From the NCBI GenBank assembly GCA_905215615.1, contig CAJMQM010000001.1, positions 1 to 42,615 of the forward strand: 42,615 nucleotides of DNA, given 5' to 3'. A model generated the notes under the pieces. It was not told the DNA's origin. It was given only the letters and a program-made list of their open reading frames with translations, and ran no database searches. This DNA comes from an uncultured bacterium (GTDB taxonomy: Bacteria; Bacillota; Clostridia; TANB77; CAG-508). Positions 1-9,122 of the stretch are shown one piece after another. The stretch's first letter is position 1, and each line of letters starts with the position of its first letter. The position numbers and the translations under genes were made by a program.

Positions 1-71
1 GAATTTATATTTTGCCCTAAATTCTCACTTCCATTTTGATTTCCATTTGTATTATTATTATTTTGTTCCAT
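1..71 (-). CDS. 5' end of an unidentified gene running off the window edge (MEQNNNNTNGNQNGSENLGQNIN...)
   Basis: Minus-strand ATG at 69-71, with a GGAG Shine-Dalgarno (complement of 77-80) 5 nt upstream. The frame stays open to base 1. Only 23 Asn-rich codons are visible, so the product cannot be named. Confidence 0.3.
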   Translation of the reverse strand, partial: MEQNNNNTNGNQNGSENLGQNIN

Positions 72-240
72 AAATTCTCCTTTCTTGAGTTTATTACTCA
101 AGTAATTTATTATAAATATATTAACCTAAAACAATTATATCATACAAGACTTTTGTGAAAAAAATGTGACAATATTGAAAAAAGTTCAAGTTATATGTAT
201 AATATAAAGAAGTTTAATTAAATGTAAGTGAGGAATAGTA

Positions 241-723
241 ATGTTAAAAAGCGAAAAAGGACTAACATATATAGCAATGATATTTATAATAGTATTAATA
301 GCCATAATAGTATTTGGTGTTATTTATTTTGCAAGAATTGAATTATCAAAAGAAAGCTTAGAGACATTAAAAACAGATATGTTATTAATACAAGGAAAAA
401 CAGAGTTAGTATCACAACACGTAGATATGAAGGAAAAGGATGCAGAATTAATAGGAACAAAGCTTGGAGATATGGGAGAAGATGAAATAATAAAAAGCTT
501 TTTAGAAAAAAATATTATAGATGCAAATTCAAAAGATAGTGACTTTTATGTTTTAAAAGAACAAGACATAAGAAATTTAGAGCTAGAAAATGTAAAAATA
601 GAAGAGGGAGTTTATTATATAGTAGACTACAAAAATAATGACATAATTATTACAAATGGTTATGAAGCACCAGATGGAAAGTTGTATTACAAATTATCAG
701 ATATAGAGAACTTAGAAAATTAA
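241..723 (+). CDS. Hypothetical protein, 160 aa, anchored by one N-terminal hydrophobic helix with a prepilin-like start (MLKSEKG-LTYIAMIFIIVL...)
   Basis: GTGAGGAA Shine-Dalgarno before the ATG at 241. Host-like codon usage. A short basic leader ends in Gly and is followed by about 22 hydrophobic residues, then a soluble acidic domain. No catalytic motif recognised. Confidence 0.6.
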   Translation: MLKSEKGLTYIAMIFIIVLIAIIVFGVIYFARIELSKESLETLKTDMLLIQGKTELVSQHVDMKEKDAELIGTKLGDMGEDEIIKSFLEKNIIDANSKDSDFYVLKEQDIRNLELENVKIEEGVYYIVDYKNNDIIITNGYEAPDGKLYYKLSDIENLEN

Positions 724-765
724 GTAATAGTGCTAAGATTTATATAGTAAATGAAAGGGATTATA

Positions 766-1428
766 ATGAAGGAAAAAGAAGAAATAAGGCTAAATGAACT
801 AAAAAAAATAGATAGAGAATTTTATGCAAAAGGGCTAAAACTAATTGCAGGCATTGATGAAGCGGGACGCGGACCATTGGCAGGACCAGTGGTTGTTGCG
901 TCTGTTATTATGCCAGAAAACTCTTTTATAGAAGGAATAAACGATTCTAAAAAAGTATCTGAAAAAAGAAGGGAAAAACTATATGATATAATTCTAAATG
1001 AAGCAATAGGCTATGGGGTAGGAATAATAGACCAAAGAGAAATAGATGAAATTAACATATTAAATGCAACAAAAGAAGGACTTACACGTAGCATTAAAGA
1101 ATTAGAAAAAAACTTAAAAGAAAATGGGAGCGGTTTTGAAAAGCCAGATGTAATTTTTGTAGATGCTTTAACAAAAATAGATACAGATAGTATTCCTTAT
1201 AAATCAATTGTACATGGAGATGCAATTAGCTACTCAATAGCATCTGCCTCGATTATAGCAAAAGTAACAAGAGATAGAATTATGAGACAATGGGATGAGG
1301 TATATCCACAATATGGCTTTGCTAAACATAAAGGCTATGGTACAGCTGCACATATTCAAGCAATTAAAGAATATGGGTTATGCCCATTACATAGGCTAAG
1401 TTTTGTTAAAAATTTTATAGAAAAATAG
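766..1428 (+). CDS. rnhB: Ribonuclease HII
   Basis: Active-site motif GIDEAGRGPLAGPVV, plus HGDA..SIASASIIAKV and GYGT..H segments typical of RNase HII. The ORF opens at 751, but the ATG at 766 follows an AAAGGGA SD. Confidence 0.9.
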   Translation: MKEKEEIRLNELKKIDREFYAKGLKLIAGIDEAGRGPLAGPVVVASVIMPENSFIEGINDSKKVSEKRREKLYDIILNEAIGYGVGIIDQREIDEINILNATKEGLTRSIKELEKNLKENGSGFEKPDVIFVDALTKIDTDSIPYKSIVHGDAISYSIASASIIAKVTRDRIMRQWDEVYPQYGFAKHKGYGTAAHIQAIKEYGLCPLHRLSFVKNFIEK

Positions 1429-1446
1429 AAAAACATGGAGGATTTT

Positions 1447-2049
1447 ATGGTAAAAAATATTGTATTTGATATAGGGGCAGTATTAGTAGGCTACAACCCA
1501 AAAGAATATGCTAAAAAAATTAATATTTCTTTAGAAAAAGTTGATAAAGCACATGAAGTATTAGTTCACACTAAAGGGTGGAGAGAATATTTAGATGGAA
1601 AAATAGAAAATGAAGAATTCTTAAAAGATTTAATCCAAAAAAATCCAGAATATAAAGATGAATTTGAATTATTAATTCTTAAAGAAAATAATAAGCATAT
1701 TACATATGAAATTAAAGAAAATACGCAATTACTAAAAGAATTGTCAAATAATTATAACATATATCTACTTTCTAACATTACAAAAGATACAATGGACAGT
1801 TTTAAAGAAATGTATGACTTCGAGAAGAAAATTACAGGAGCAACATATTCTTATGAAGCACATATAAGCAAGCCACATAAAGAAATATATAATTTTCTAT
1901 TTTCAAAATATAATTTAAAACCTAATGAGTGTATTTTTATAGATGATAAACTACATAACATAGAAGTAGCAAATGAGCTTGGTATGCAAGGAATTCATTA
2001 TACAGACCATGAAAAACTTGTAGAAGAATTAGGAGGAAAACTAAAGTGA
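1447..2049 (+). CDS. HAD-superfamily hydrolase (subfamily IA-like)
   Basis: HAD motifs: motif I VFDIGAVL, motif II LLSN, Lys in SKPHKEIY, motif IV FIDD. The ATG at 1447 follows GGAGGA (1437-1442); the ORF opens at 1435. The stop overlaps the next gene's start. Confidence 0.75.
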   Translation: MVKNIVFDIGAVLVGYNPKEYAKKINISLEKVDKAHEVLVHTKGWREYLDGKIENEEFLKDLIQKNPEYKDEFELLILKENNKHITYEIKENTQLLKELSNNYNIYLLSNITKDTMDSFKEMYDFEKKITGATYSYEAHISKPHKEIYNFLFSKYNLKPNECIFIDDKLHNIEVANELGMQGIHYTDHEKLVEELGGKLK

Positions 2050-3302
2050 ATATACAAGAAATAATTGCAACAAAAAGAGATAAACGTAAATTAAGCAAGG
2101 AGCAAATTGAATATTTTATTAATAATTATACAAGTGGAAACATTACAGATTATCAAGCAGCTGCACTTGTTATGGCAATTTACATTAATGGTATGGACGA
2201 AGAAGAAATAGTTAATTTAACTTTAGCAATGGCAAGTTCTGGAGACATTTTAGATTTATCTGAATTGGGAACAGTTGTAGATAAACATAGCACAGGAGGA
2301 ATTGGAGATAAAGTAACTTTAATATTAGCTCCAATTATAGCTTCTTTAGGTATTCCAGTAGCCAAAATGTCTGGAAGAGGGCTTGGCTATACTGGCGGAA
2401 CAGCAGACAAATTGGAAGCAATACCAGGCTATAAAGTGGTATTGGAAGAAAAACAATTTATAGAAAATGTTAAAGAAATTGGAATAAGTTTAATTACCCA
2501 AACTGCAAACTTAGCACCAGCAGATAAAAAAATATATGCGCTAAGAGATAGCATAAATTGTGTAGAAAGTATACCGCTAATAGCATCAAGTATTATGAGC
2601 AAAAAAATAGCATCTGGAGCAAATAAAATAGTGTTAGATGTAACTTGTGGAAGCGGAGCTTTTATGAAAACAAAAGAATCTGCGGAAAAATTAGCAAAAA
2701 CAATGGAGAAAATAGGAAATTTAGCAGGAAGAGAAACTGTTGCAGTTATAACAGATATGGACCAACCGTTAGGAAAATATGTAGGAAATACTTTAGAAGT
2801 AATAGAAGCAATAGATACTTTAAATGGAAACTGGCAAAGTGATGTAAAAGATGTTGTATTACTTCTAGGGGCATATATTATAAAATTGGCAGGAAAAGGT
2901 GACAACATTGAAGAAAACAAGGAAAAAATGCTAGAGCAAGTAAAAAATGGAAATGCACTTAATAAATTTAAAGAACTTGTTGCAAAACAAGAAGGAGATG
3001 TTTCTTATATTGAAGATGTAGAGAAATTTCCAAAAGCCAAATACATATTACCAGTAATATCTACCAAAAGTGGAACTGTAGAAAAGCTTAATGCAGAAAA
3101 TGTTGGTAAAATTGCTATGATGTTAGGCGCAGGAAGAATTTGCAAAGAAGATGATATAATAAAAGAAGTAGGAATAGAGCTAAACAAAAAGGTAGGAGAT
3201 ACAGTAGAAATTGGGGAAGTATTAGCATATATTCATGGAAACGATGAGGAGAGTTCAGAAAAAGCAGTAATAGATTTACGAAATGTATATGAAATAGAAT
3301 AA
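2046..3302 (+). CDS. pdp: Pyrimidine-nucleoside (thymidine) phosphorylase
   Basis: Family motifs DKHSTGGIGDK, SGRGLGYTGGTADKLE and IASSIMSKK. GTG start 9 nt after AGGAGGA. The 418-aa length fits the family. Confidence 0.9.
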   Translation: MNIQEIIATKRDKRKLSKEQIEYFINNYTSGNITDYQAAALVMAIYINGMDEEEIVNLTLAMASSGDILDLSELGTVVDKHSTGGIGDKVTLILAPIIASLGIPVAKMSGRGLGYTGGTADKLEAIPGYKVVLEEKQFIENVKEIGISLITQTANLAPADKKIYALRDSINCVESIPLIASSIMSKKIASGANKIVLDVTCGSGAFMKTKESAEKLAKTMEKIGNLAGRETVAVITDMDQPLGKYVGNTLEVIEAIDTLNGNWQSDVKDVVLLLGAYIIKLAGKGDNIEENKEKMLEQVKNGNALNKFKELVAKQEGDVSYIEDVEKFPKAKYILPVISTKSGTVEKLNAENVGKIAMMLGAGRICKEDDIIKEVGIELNKKVGDTVEIGEVLAYIHGNDEESSEKAVIDLRNVYEIE

Positions 3303-3390
3303 GTTTGAATTAAAGTTTATTAAAAGATAGTATTTTTTAAACTTATAGAGATTTGAGTATTTATTTGTAGATTGGAAAAAAGAATAAATA

Positions 3391-3428
3391 AAAAGAACAC
3401 CTTTTTTTAATAAATGGTGTTCTTTTTA
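3391..3428. terminator. Bidirectional intrinsic terminator between the convergent pdp and zinc-ribbon genes
   Basis: AAAAGAACACC (3391-3401) pairs with GGTGTTCTTTT (3416-3426). The hairpin has A/T runs on both sides. Confidence 0.6.
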
Positions 3429-3485
3429 TCGTTTTATTAATATTTAATATGTATTTCATTTTAATAAACCTATTTTTAAGGCAAA

Positions 3486-3731
3486 CTATAATTTTAAATC
3501 TTTTCCATACATACTAGATAATTCAGTATTTTCGTTAATTAATCTATTTACATTTTTAATAGAAATACCAGTACAAGAAGATAGGCTCTCCATTGAATTT
3601 GGTAATCCGTTTTCATTAAAATAATTTTTTAAAGTAGAAATATCGTTTAAATCTTTTGGTTCACAATTAGGGCAAACATGACTATTACTAATATAAAACC
3701 AGCCACAACGACAGCATTTGTTAAAGTTCAT
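3486..3731 (-). CDS. Small zinc-ribbon protein with a C-terminal HTH-like segment (resembles the YvyF/TIGR03826-type architecture)
   Basis: CxxC...CxxC (CCRCGWFYISNSHVCPNC) followed by SLSSCTGISIKNVNRLI. AAAGGATG SD upstream. 81 aa. The family call is from memory only. Confidence 0.5.
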   Translation of the reverse strand: MNFNKCCRCGWFYISNSHVCPNCEPKDLNDISTLKNYFNENGLPNSMESLSSCTGISIKNVNRLINENTELSSMYGKDLKL

Positions 3732-4078
3732 AATATATTCATCCTTTCAATTTTTCATAAGTTAATTAAAATCACACATATTATAACATAAATTTAGACA
3801 AACTTAAACATTTTTTTACACATTTATTTAATTTATAGATTGCGATAATAAATTTATGTTCTTATTACAATGTTGTGACTAGTTAGTTTAACTAGTTTTA
3901 AATCCATTTAAGTACTTTAAATTAGGCTTTTTAAGTCAAAATTAATATATAAAATTTTTATGAGATTTGCTTTTCCTTATATTATATAGTAAACTTATAA
4001 AAGTGTAATAAAACAAATTTGTAATATTATACAAATAAAAAAAGGGGAAATAATCCAAGTATATAATATGGATTATAA

Positions 4079-4663
4079 GTGAATACAATGAATATAGAAA
4101 AAATAAAAAAAGCAAATACAAAATTTTTAGGAAAAAATATAATATATTACAATGAAATTGGTTCCACACAAGATGTAATAAGAAAATTGGCAGAAGAACA
4201 TGTAGAAAATGGAAGCATTGTAATAGCAGATAATCAAGTAGCAGGTAAAGGCACTAAAGGAAGGACGTGGTGTACAGAAAAAGAAAAAAATATTACAATG
4301 TCATTTGTTATATACCCAAAATGTGAAATAAAAGAACTAGATGGGCTTACTATAAACCTAGCAAAAGCAATTTCAGAAGCTATAAAAGAGCTTTATGGGT
4401 ATAACTTGGAAATAAAAGAGCCAAATGACTTAATATTAAAAGGCAAAAAGATTAGTGGTATTTTAACACAAAGTGTAACCCTAGAAGAAAAAGTGCAATA
4501 TGTGCTAGTTGGAATAGGTTTTAATGTAAACCAAATGGAATTTAATGAAGAAATTTCAAATATTGCTACTTCACTAAAAAAAGAATTTGATACTGAATTT
4601 AGTAGAGAAGAAATTATAATTAAAATTTTAGAAAAGATAGAAGAAAAACTAATAATGTTATAA
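4079..4663 (+). CDS. birA: Biotin--[acetyl-CoA-carboxylase] ligase, catalytic domain only (no N-terminal HTH and no C-terminal domain)
   Basis: Biotin-binding loop motif GKGTKGRTW (compare GRGRxGRxW) and KISGILTQ (compare KxxGIL). 191-194 aa depending on start (GTG 4079 or ATG 4088). A strong terminator follows directly. Confidence 0.8.
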   Translation: MNTMNIEKIKKANTKFLGKNIIYYNEIGSTQDVIRKLAEEHVENGSIVIADNQVAGKGTKGRTWCTEKEKNITMSFVIYPKCEIKELDGLTINLAKAISEAIKELYGYNLEIKEPNDLILKGKKISGILTQSVTLEEKVQYVLVGIGFNVNQMEFNEEISNIATSLKKEFDTEFSREEIIIKILEKIEEKLIML

Positions 4664-4686
4664 AAAAATATTGGTTAAGAATAAGT

Positions 4687-4727
4687 TAAGCCAAATTGTT
4701 AAACCCTAACAATTTGGCTTAGTTTTA
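4687..4727 (+). terminator. Intrinsic terminator after birA
   Basis: Perfect 15-bp stem, TAAGCCAAATTGTTA (4687-4701) with TAACAATTTGGCTTA (4707-4721). 5-nt loop, then GTTTTA. Confidence 0.75.
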
Positions 4728-4871
4728 TGTAATTTATTATTGGCACTGAAACTATAAAATGTACAATAAAAATGAGTTGTATGAAAAAAATAATATACAC
4801 AGCTTCGACCGGTCAGTCTAATAGATTTTATACTTTAAATAATATAAAATATTAAAAATTATGAGGTGAAT

Positions 4872-5801
4872 ATGGAAAGTATACAAATAATAGGAAACGG
4901 ACAATATCTACCGAAATTAAAAGTTAATAACTTAGAATTAGAAAAAAAATTTAATGTAGAAGAAGACTATATATTAAGAAGAACGGGAATAGAAACAAGA
5001 TATTATACAGAAGATGAAGATATTTGCCAAATGGCTTATAAATCTGCTGTTATGGCTATAGAAAATGCAAAAATAAATACAAAAGAAATAGAATTAATTG
5101 TTGTTGCCACTACATCTACAAATACTCTTATGCCAGGAATTTCATACTATGTACAAAAAGAGCTAGAGATAGAACATTGTATTTGCTTAGATGTACTGGC
5201 AGGTTGTGCAGGCTATATAAATGCACTAGACATAGCCAAAATGTACATAAGTGCAAAAAAAGTGGAAACTGCTTTAATTATAGGTGTAGATATATTATCA
5301 AATTGTGTAGATAATAACGACATAAATACAAAAATTATATTATCAGATGGTGCAGGAAGTACAGTAACAAAAAAAGCGCTAACTTCTAAAATATATTACT
5401 CTAATATACAAAGTGATGGAAAAAATGGAGAGATATTAACATATAGAACTAACGAAAAAATAAAGATGGATGGAAAAGCAGTTTACAAATATGCTGTAAC
5501 AGAAACTGTAAAAAATATAAACCAATTGTTAAGTGAAGCAAATTTAAAAATGGAAGATATAAAATATATAGTTCCACATCAGTCTAATATAAAAATAATG
5601 AAATCAATTGCAGATAAACTAAGCATAAAAATGGAAAAAATGTATACAAACATTAAAGAAGTAGGAAATACATTTTGTGCTAGTATACCAATAGCTTTAA
5701 CACAAATGTACGAGCAAAATTTATTAAACTCAGGAGACAAAATTATTTTAATAGGATATGGTGGAGGATTAAATACAGCAAGTATTTTACTAGAAATATA
5801 A
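4872..5801 (+). CDS. fabH: 3-oxoacyl-ACP synthase III
   Basis: KAS III hallmarks: active-site context AGCAGY, VPHQSN (His), GNTFCASIP (Asn). ATG at 4872 is 5 nt after GAGG; the ORF opens at GTG 4866. Confidence 0.9.
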   Translation: MESIQIIGNGQYLPKLKVNNLELEKKFNVEEDYILRRTGIETRYYTEDEDICQMAYKSAVMAIENAKINTKEIELIVVATTSTNTLMPGISYYVQKELEIEHCICLDVLAGCAGYINALDIAKMYISAKKVETALIIGVDILSNCVDNNDINTKIILSDGAGSTVTKKALTSKIYYSNIQSDGKNGEILTYRTNEKIKMDGKAVYKYAVTETVKNINQLLSEANLKMEDIKYIVPHQSNIKIMKSIADKLSIKMEKMYTNIKEVGNTFCASIPIALTQMYEQNLLNSGDKIILIGYGGGLNTASILLEI

Positions 5802-5928
5802 GGAAGAACACAGTTTTATCATTGAAAATAGAATAAATAATGGCAAATAATTAGATTGTAAAAATAATGTAAGATTAAATAGTATAAACCAATTTATAAA
5901 AATATTATTTATATAGGAGTGAAAATAT

Positions 5929-6873
5929 ATGAAAATAGCATTTATGTTTCCAGGTCAGGGCTCACAAGTAGTTGGCATGGGTAAAGACATATATGAAAAT
6001 TATGAAGAAGCAAAAGAAGTATACAATAAAGTAAGCAAAATTTTAGATATTGATATGTGCAAACTATGTTTTGAAGAAACAATAGAGGAATTAAGCAAAA
6101 CAGAAAATACACAAATTGCTATTGCAACAATGAGTTTAGCTATATTAGCAGTATTAGAAAAATATGGTATAAAAGCAGAAATTGCAACAGGATTAAGCTT
6201 AGGAGAATATGTTGCACTAATGTATTCAAAAATACTTAGTTTAGAAGATGGCATGAAACTTCTAAAACAAAGAGGTTACCTAATGGGGAACTTAGTACCA
6301 AATGAAAAATATGCTATGGCAGCTGTAATAGGGCTTAGTGCTAATGAAATAGAAGATGTATGCAAAAACAAAATAGAAGAAGGCAAATTTGTAGTTCCTG
6401 CAAATTATAATTATTCTGGTCAAATAGTTGTATCAGGAAACGAAGATGCAGTAGAAGAGTGTATGAAAATATTCCAAGAAAAGGGCGCAAAAAGAGTTGT
6501 AAAATTAAAAATAGGAGGTCCTTTTCATACAGAAAAACTAAAAGAAGCAAGCGAAGAATTTGCTAAATATTTAGAAAACGTTTCATTTAATAATCCACAA
6601 ATAGATGTAATAAAAAACATAGATGGTAGTATATATTCGGAAAATGACAATGTAAAGGAAATATTAGCAAAACATATAATAAGTCCTGTAAGGTTTGATA
6701 AAGCAATAAAATTAATGGAAAATAGAGGAATTGATACATATGTGGAAATAGGTCCAGGAAGAGCTTTATCTGGCTTTGTAAAAAAAGAACTAGAAAACGC
6801 AAATGTATATGCAATTAATAATTTAGACGGACTTAACAAATTTTTAGAGGCTGTGAAGTTGGAAAATTTGTAA
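5929..6873 (+). CDS. fabD: Malonyl-CoA:ACP transacylase
   Basis: FPGQGSQ, active-site GLSLGEY and the PFHT motif. AGGAG SD. Confidence 0.95.
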   Translation: MKIAFMFPGQGSQVVGMGKDIYENYEEAKEVYNKVSKILDIDMCKLCFEETIEELSKTENTQIAIATMSLAILAVLEKYGIKAEIATGLSLGEYVALMYSKILSLEDGMKLLKQRGYLMGNLVPNEKYAMAAVIGLSANEIEDVCKNKIEEGKFVVPANYNYSGQIVVSGNEDAVEECMKIFQEKGAKRVVKLKIGGPFHTEKLKEASEEFAKYLENVSFNNPQIDVIKNIDGSIYSENDNVKEILAKHIISPVRFDKAIKLMENRGIDTYVEIGPGRALSGFVKKELENANVYAINNLDGLNKFLEAVKLENL

Positions 6874-7034
6874 AATGTAGTATTTAGCTTATTTGTAAAA
6901 TAAGTGCAATCTTTAAATTGAAATAGAAAATATTTTATGCTTCTGGAGATTATAGGGTAAATTATATTTTAATTAAAATAGAGTAAATTTATTAATAATT
7001 ATCAGAAAATAAAGATGAAAGGAAGAAAATTAAT

Positions 7035-7778
7035 ATGGGAGATAATAAAGTTGCTTTAATAACAGGTGGTTCTAGAGGAATAGGAGAAAAAATAGCAGAA
7101 AAATATGCAAGTGAAGGGTATAATTTAGTTATAAATTATGTTTCTAACATTGAAAACATAGAAGAACTTTCTAATAAAATAAAAGGAAATTCTAATATAG
7201 AAATTTTATTTATACAAGCAGATGTTACAAATTTTGAGGATTGCGAAAATATGGTAAAAGAAGCAGTAGAAAAATTTGGACACATTGATGTAGTTGTAAA
7301 TAATGCAGGAATTACAAAAGATGGACTTCTTATGAGGATGAAAGAAGAAGAATTTGACAGAGTAATAGAAGTTAATTTAAAAGGAACATTTAATGTTACA
7401 AAATCTGCAATACCATACATGATGAAACAAAAATATGGAAGAATTGTAAGTATATCATCAGTAGTAGGGGTTAGTGGAAATGCTGGTCAAGCAAACTATT
7501 CTGCATCTAAAGCAGGAATTATAGGTTTTACAAAATCAGTTGCAAAAGAGCTTGCTAGTAGAAATATATTAGCAAATTGTGTAGCACCAGGATTTATTAA
7601 AACAGATATGACAGATGTACTTTCAGATAGTGTTAAAGAAAGCATAAATGCGCAAATACCGCTTAAGAAAATGGGAACTGCAGAAGAGGTTGCAAAAGCT
7701 GTATACTTTTTAGGAAATGAAGAAAATACATACATAACAGGTCAAGTTTTAAATGTAGATGGCGGTATGATTATGTAA
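7035..7778 (+). CDS. fabG: 3-oxoacyl-ACP reductase (SDR)
   Basis: TGGSRGIG cofactor motif, NNAG, S...YSASK catalytic triad context, and the C-terminal GQVLNVDGGM typical of FabG. Confidence 0.95.
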   Translation: MGDNKVALITGGSRGIGEKIAEKYASEGYNLVINYVSNIENIEELSNKIKGNSNIEILFIQADVTNFEDCENMVKEAVEKFGHIDVVVNNAGITKDGLLMRMKEEEFDRVIEVNLKGTFNVTKSAIPYMMKQKYGRIVSISSVVGVSGNAGQANYSASKAGIIGFTKSVAKELASRNILANCVAPGFIKTDMTDVLSDSVKESINAQIPLKKMGTAEEVAKAVYFLGNEENTYITGQVLNVDGGMIM

Positions 7779-7863
7779 AAAATATGACTGTATAAAATTA
7801 TAAGAAATTAAGATGAAAAATAATCTAATAATTATGTGCCTTATGGAGGGAAAGGAAGTAAAT

Positions 7864-9102
7864 ATGGAAAGAAGAGTTGTTGTTACAGGATTAGGTGCAA
7901 TTACACCTATAGGAAATACTACTGAAGAATTTTGGAAAGGATTAAAAGAAGGAAAATGTGGAATTGCTGAAATTACATCATTTGATACATCAGACCAAAA
8001 AGTGCATTTAGCAGGAGAAGTTAAAGATTTTAATCCAGAAGATTATTTTGATAAAAGAAGTTGCAAGAGACTAGATAGATTTACACAATTAGCAGTAGTG
8101 GCTTCAAGAGAGGCTTTTAAAGATAGTGGAATTAGTGAAGAAAATACAGATTTAACAAAAATGGGTGTAGTTTTAGGTTCTGGAATTGGAGGACTTGGAA
8201 CAATAGAAAAAGAAAATAGAGCATTAGTAGAAAAAGGACCAGATAGAGTTTCTCCAATGTATATTCCAATGTCTATTTGCAATATGGCATCTGGAAATGT
8301 AGCAATAGACTTAGGAATAAAAGGGGAATCATATTGTGCTGTTACTGCATGTGCAAGTGGAACACACTCAATAGGAGAAGCATTTAGAATGATAAGACAT
8401 GGCTACCAAGATGTAGTGTTAGCAGGAGGAACAGAAAGCTCAATAACTCCAACTGGAATATCTGGTTTTGCTAATATAAAAGCACTTACACAAGAAACAA
8501 ACCCATTAAGAGCAAGTATTCCATTTGATAAAGAGAGAAGCGGATTTGTTATGGGTGAAGGTGCAGGAATTATAATATTAGAAGAACTAGAGCATGCTAA
8601 AAAAAGAGGTGCAAAAATATATGCAGAAATGATAGGTTATGGAGCAAGCTCTGATGCATACCATATTACTTCACCAGCACCAGATGGAGAAGGCGGAGCT
8701 AGAGCTATGATTTCAGCAATAAGAGATGCAAAAATAAGACCAGAAGATATTACATACATTAATGCACATGGAACATCTACACCTTTAAATGATAAATGTG
8801 AGACTATGGCAATAAAAACAGCATTAGGTGATTGTGCAAAAACAGTTATGGTAAGTTCAACAAAGGGAAACACAGGGCATTTGCTAGGAGCAGCAGGTGG
8901 AGTAGAAGCAATAGCAACTATAAAAGCAATTGAAGATGGTTTTGTACCTGCAACTATAGGGTATAAAGTAAAAGATGAAGAGTGTGATTTAGATATAGTT
9001 CCAAATGTAGGAAGAAAAGCAGAAGTTAAAATAGCAATGTCAAATTCTTTAGGGTTTGGCGGACACAATAGTTCTATTATATTTAAAAAGTATGAGGATT
9101 AG
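7864..9102 (+). CDS. fabF: 3-oxoacyl-ACP synthase II
   Basis: MERRVVVTGLG start after GGAGGGAAAGGAAG. Active-site ACASG, HGTSTP, GHLLGAAG, and the C-terminal NSLGFGGHN. The ORF opens at 7813, but that extension lacks an SD. Confidence 0.95.
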   Translation: MERRVVVTGLGAITPIGNTTEEFWKGLKEGKCGIAEITSFDTSDQKVHLAGEVKDFNPEDYFDKRSCKRLDRFTQLAVVASREAFKDSGISEENTDLTKMGVVLGSGIGGLGTIEKENRALVEKGPDRVSPMYIPMSICNMASGNVAIDLGIKGESYCAVTACASGTHSIGEAFRMIRHGYQDVVLAGGTESSITPTGISGFANIKALTQETNPLRASIPFDKERSGFVMGEGAGIIILEELEHAKKRGAKIYAEMIGYGASSDAYHITSPAPDGEGGARAMISAIRDAKIRPEDITYINAHGTSTPLNDKCETMAIKTALGDCAKTVMVSSTKGNTGHLLGAAGGVEAIATIKAIEDGFVPATIGYKVKDEECDLDIVPNVGRKAEVKIAMSNSLGFGGHNSSIIFKKYED

Positions 9103-9122
9103 TATATAGGAGGAAATTTTAA

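Noticed and set aside
2429-2920. Long minus-strand ORFs inside well-identified plus-strand genes. Examples: 2429-2920, 6525-6839, 8637-9068, 16325-16831, 16835-17209, 21648-22157, 27424-27888, 29994-30389, 30402-30758, 31379-31738 and 32070-32438. Plus-strand ORFs at 35556-35924 and 36003-36407 lie inside the T4CP-like gene.
   Set aside because: All overlap genes with strong motif support. They lack SD sequences and encode Ser/Phe/Leu/Ile/Pro-rich low-complexity products. These are antisense shadow ORFs.
3942-4169. 75-aa minus-strand ORF upstream of and overlapping the birA start, and the 63-aa ORF at 17437-17628
   Set aside because: Both lie in extremely AT-rich intergenic DNA and encode Tyr/Phe/Leu/Ile-rich low-complexity strings. 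Neither has an SD. The second overlaps the terminator hairpin at 17442-17484.
6874-7034. Looked for a hidden acpP in the fabD-fabG gap and the other fab intergenic gaps
   Set aside because: The gap is 161 nt, too short for a carrier protein of about 75 aa, and no frame encodes a DSLD-type phosphopantetheine site.
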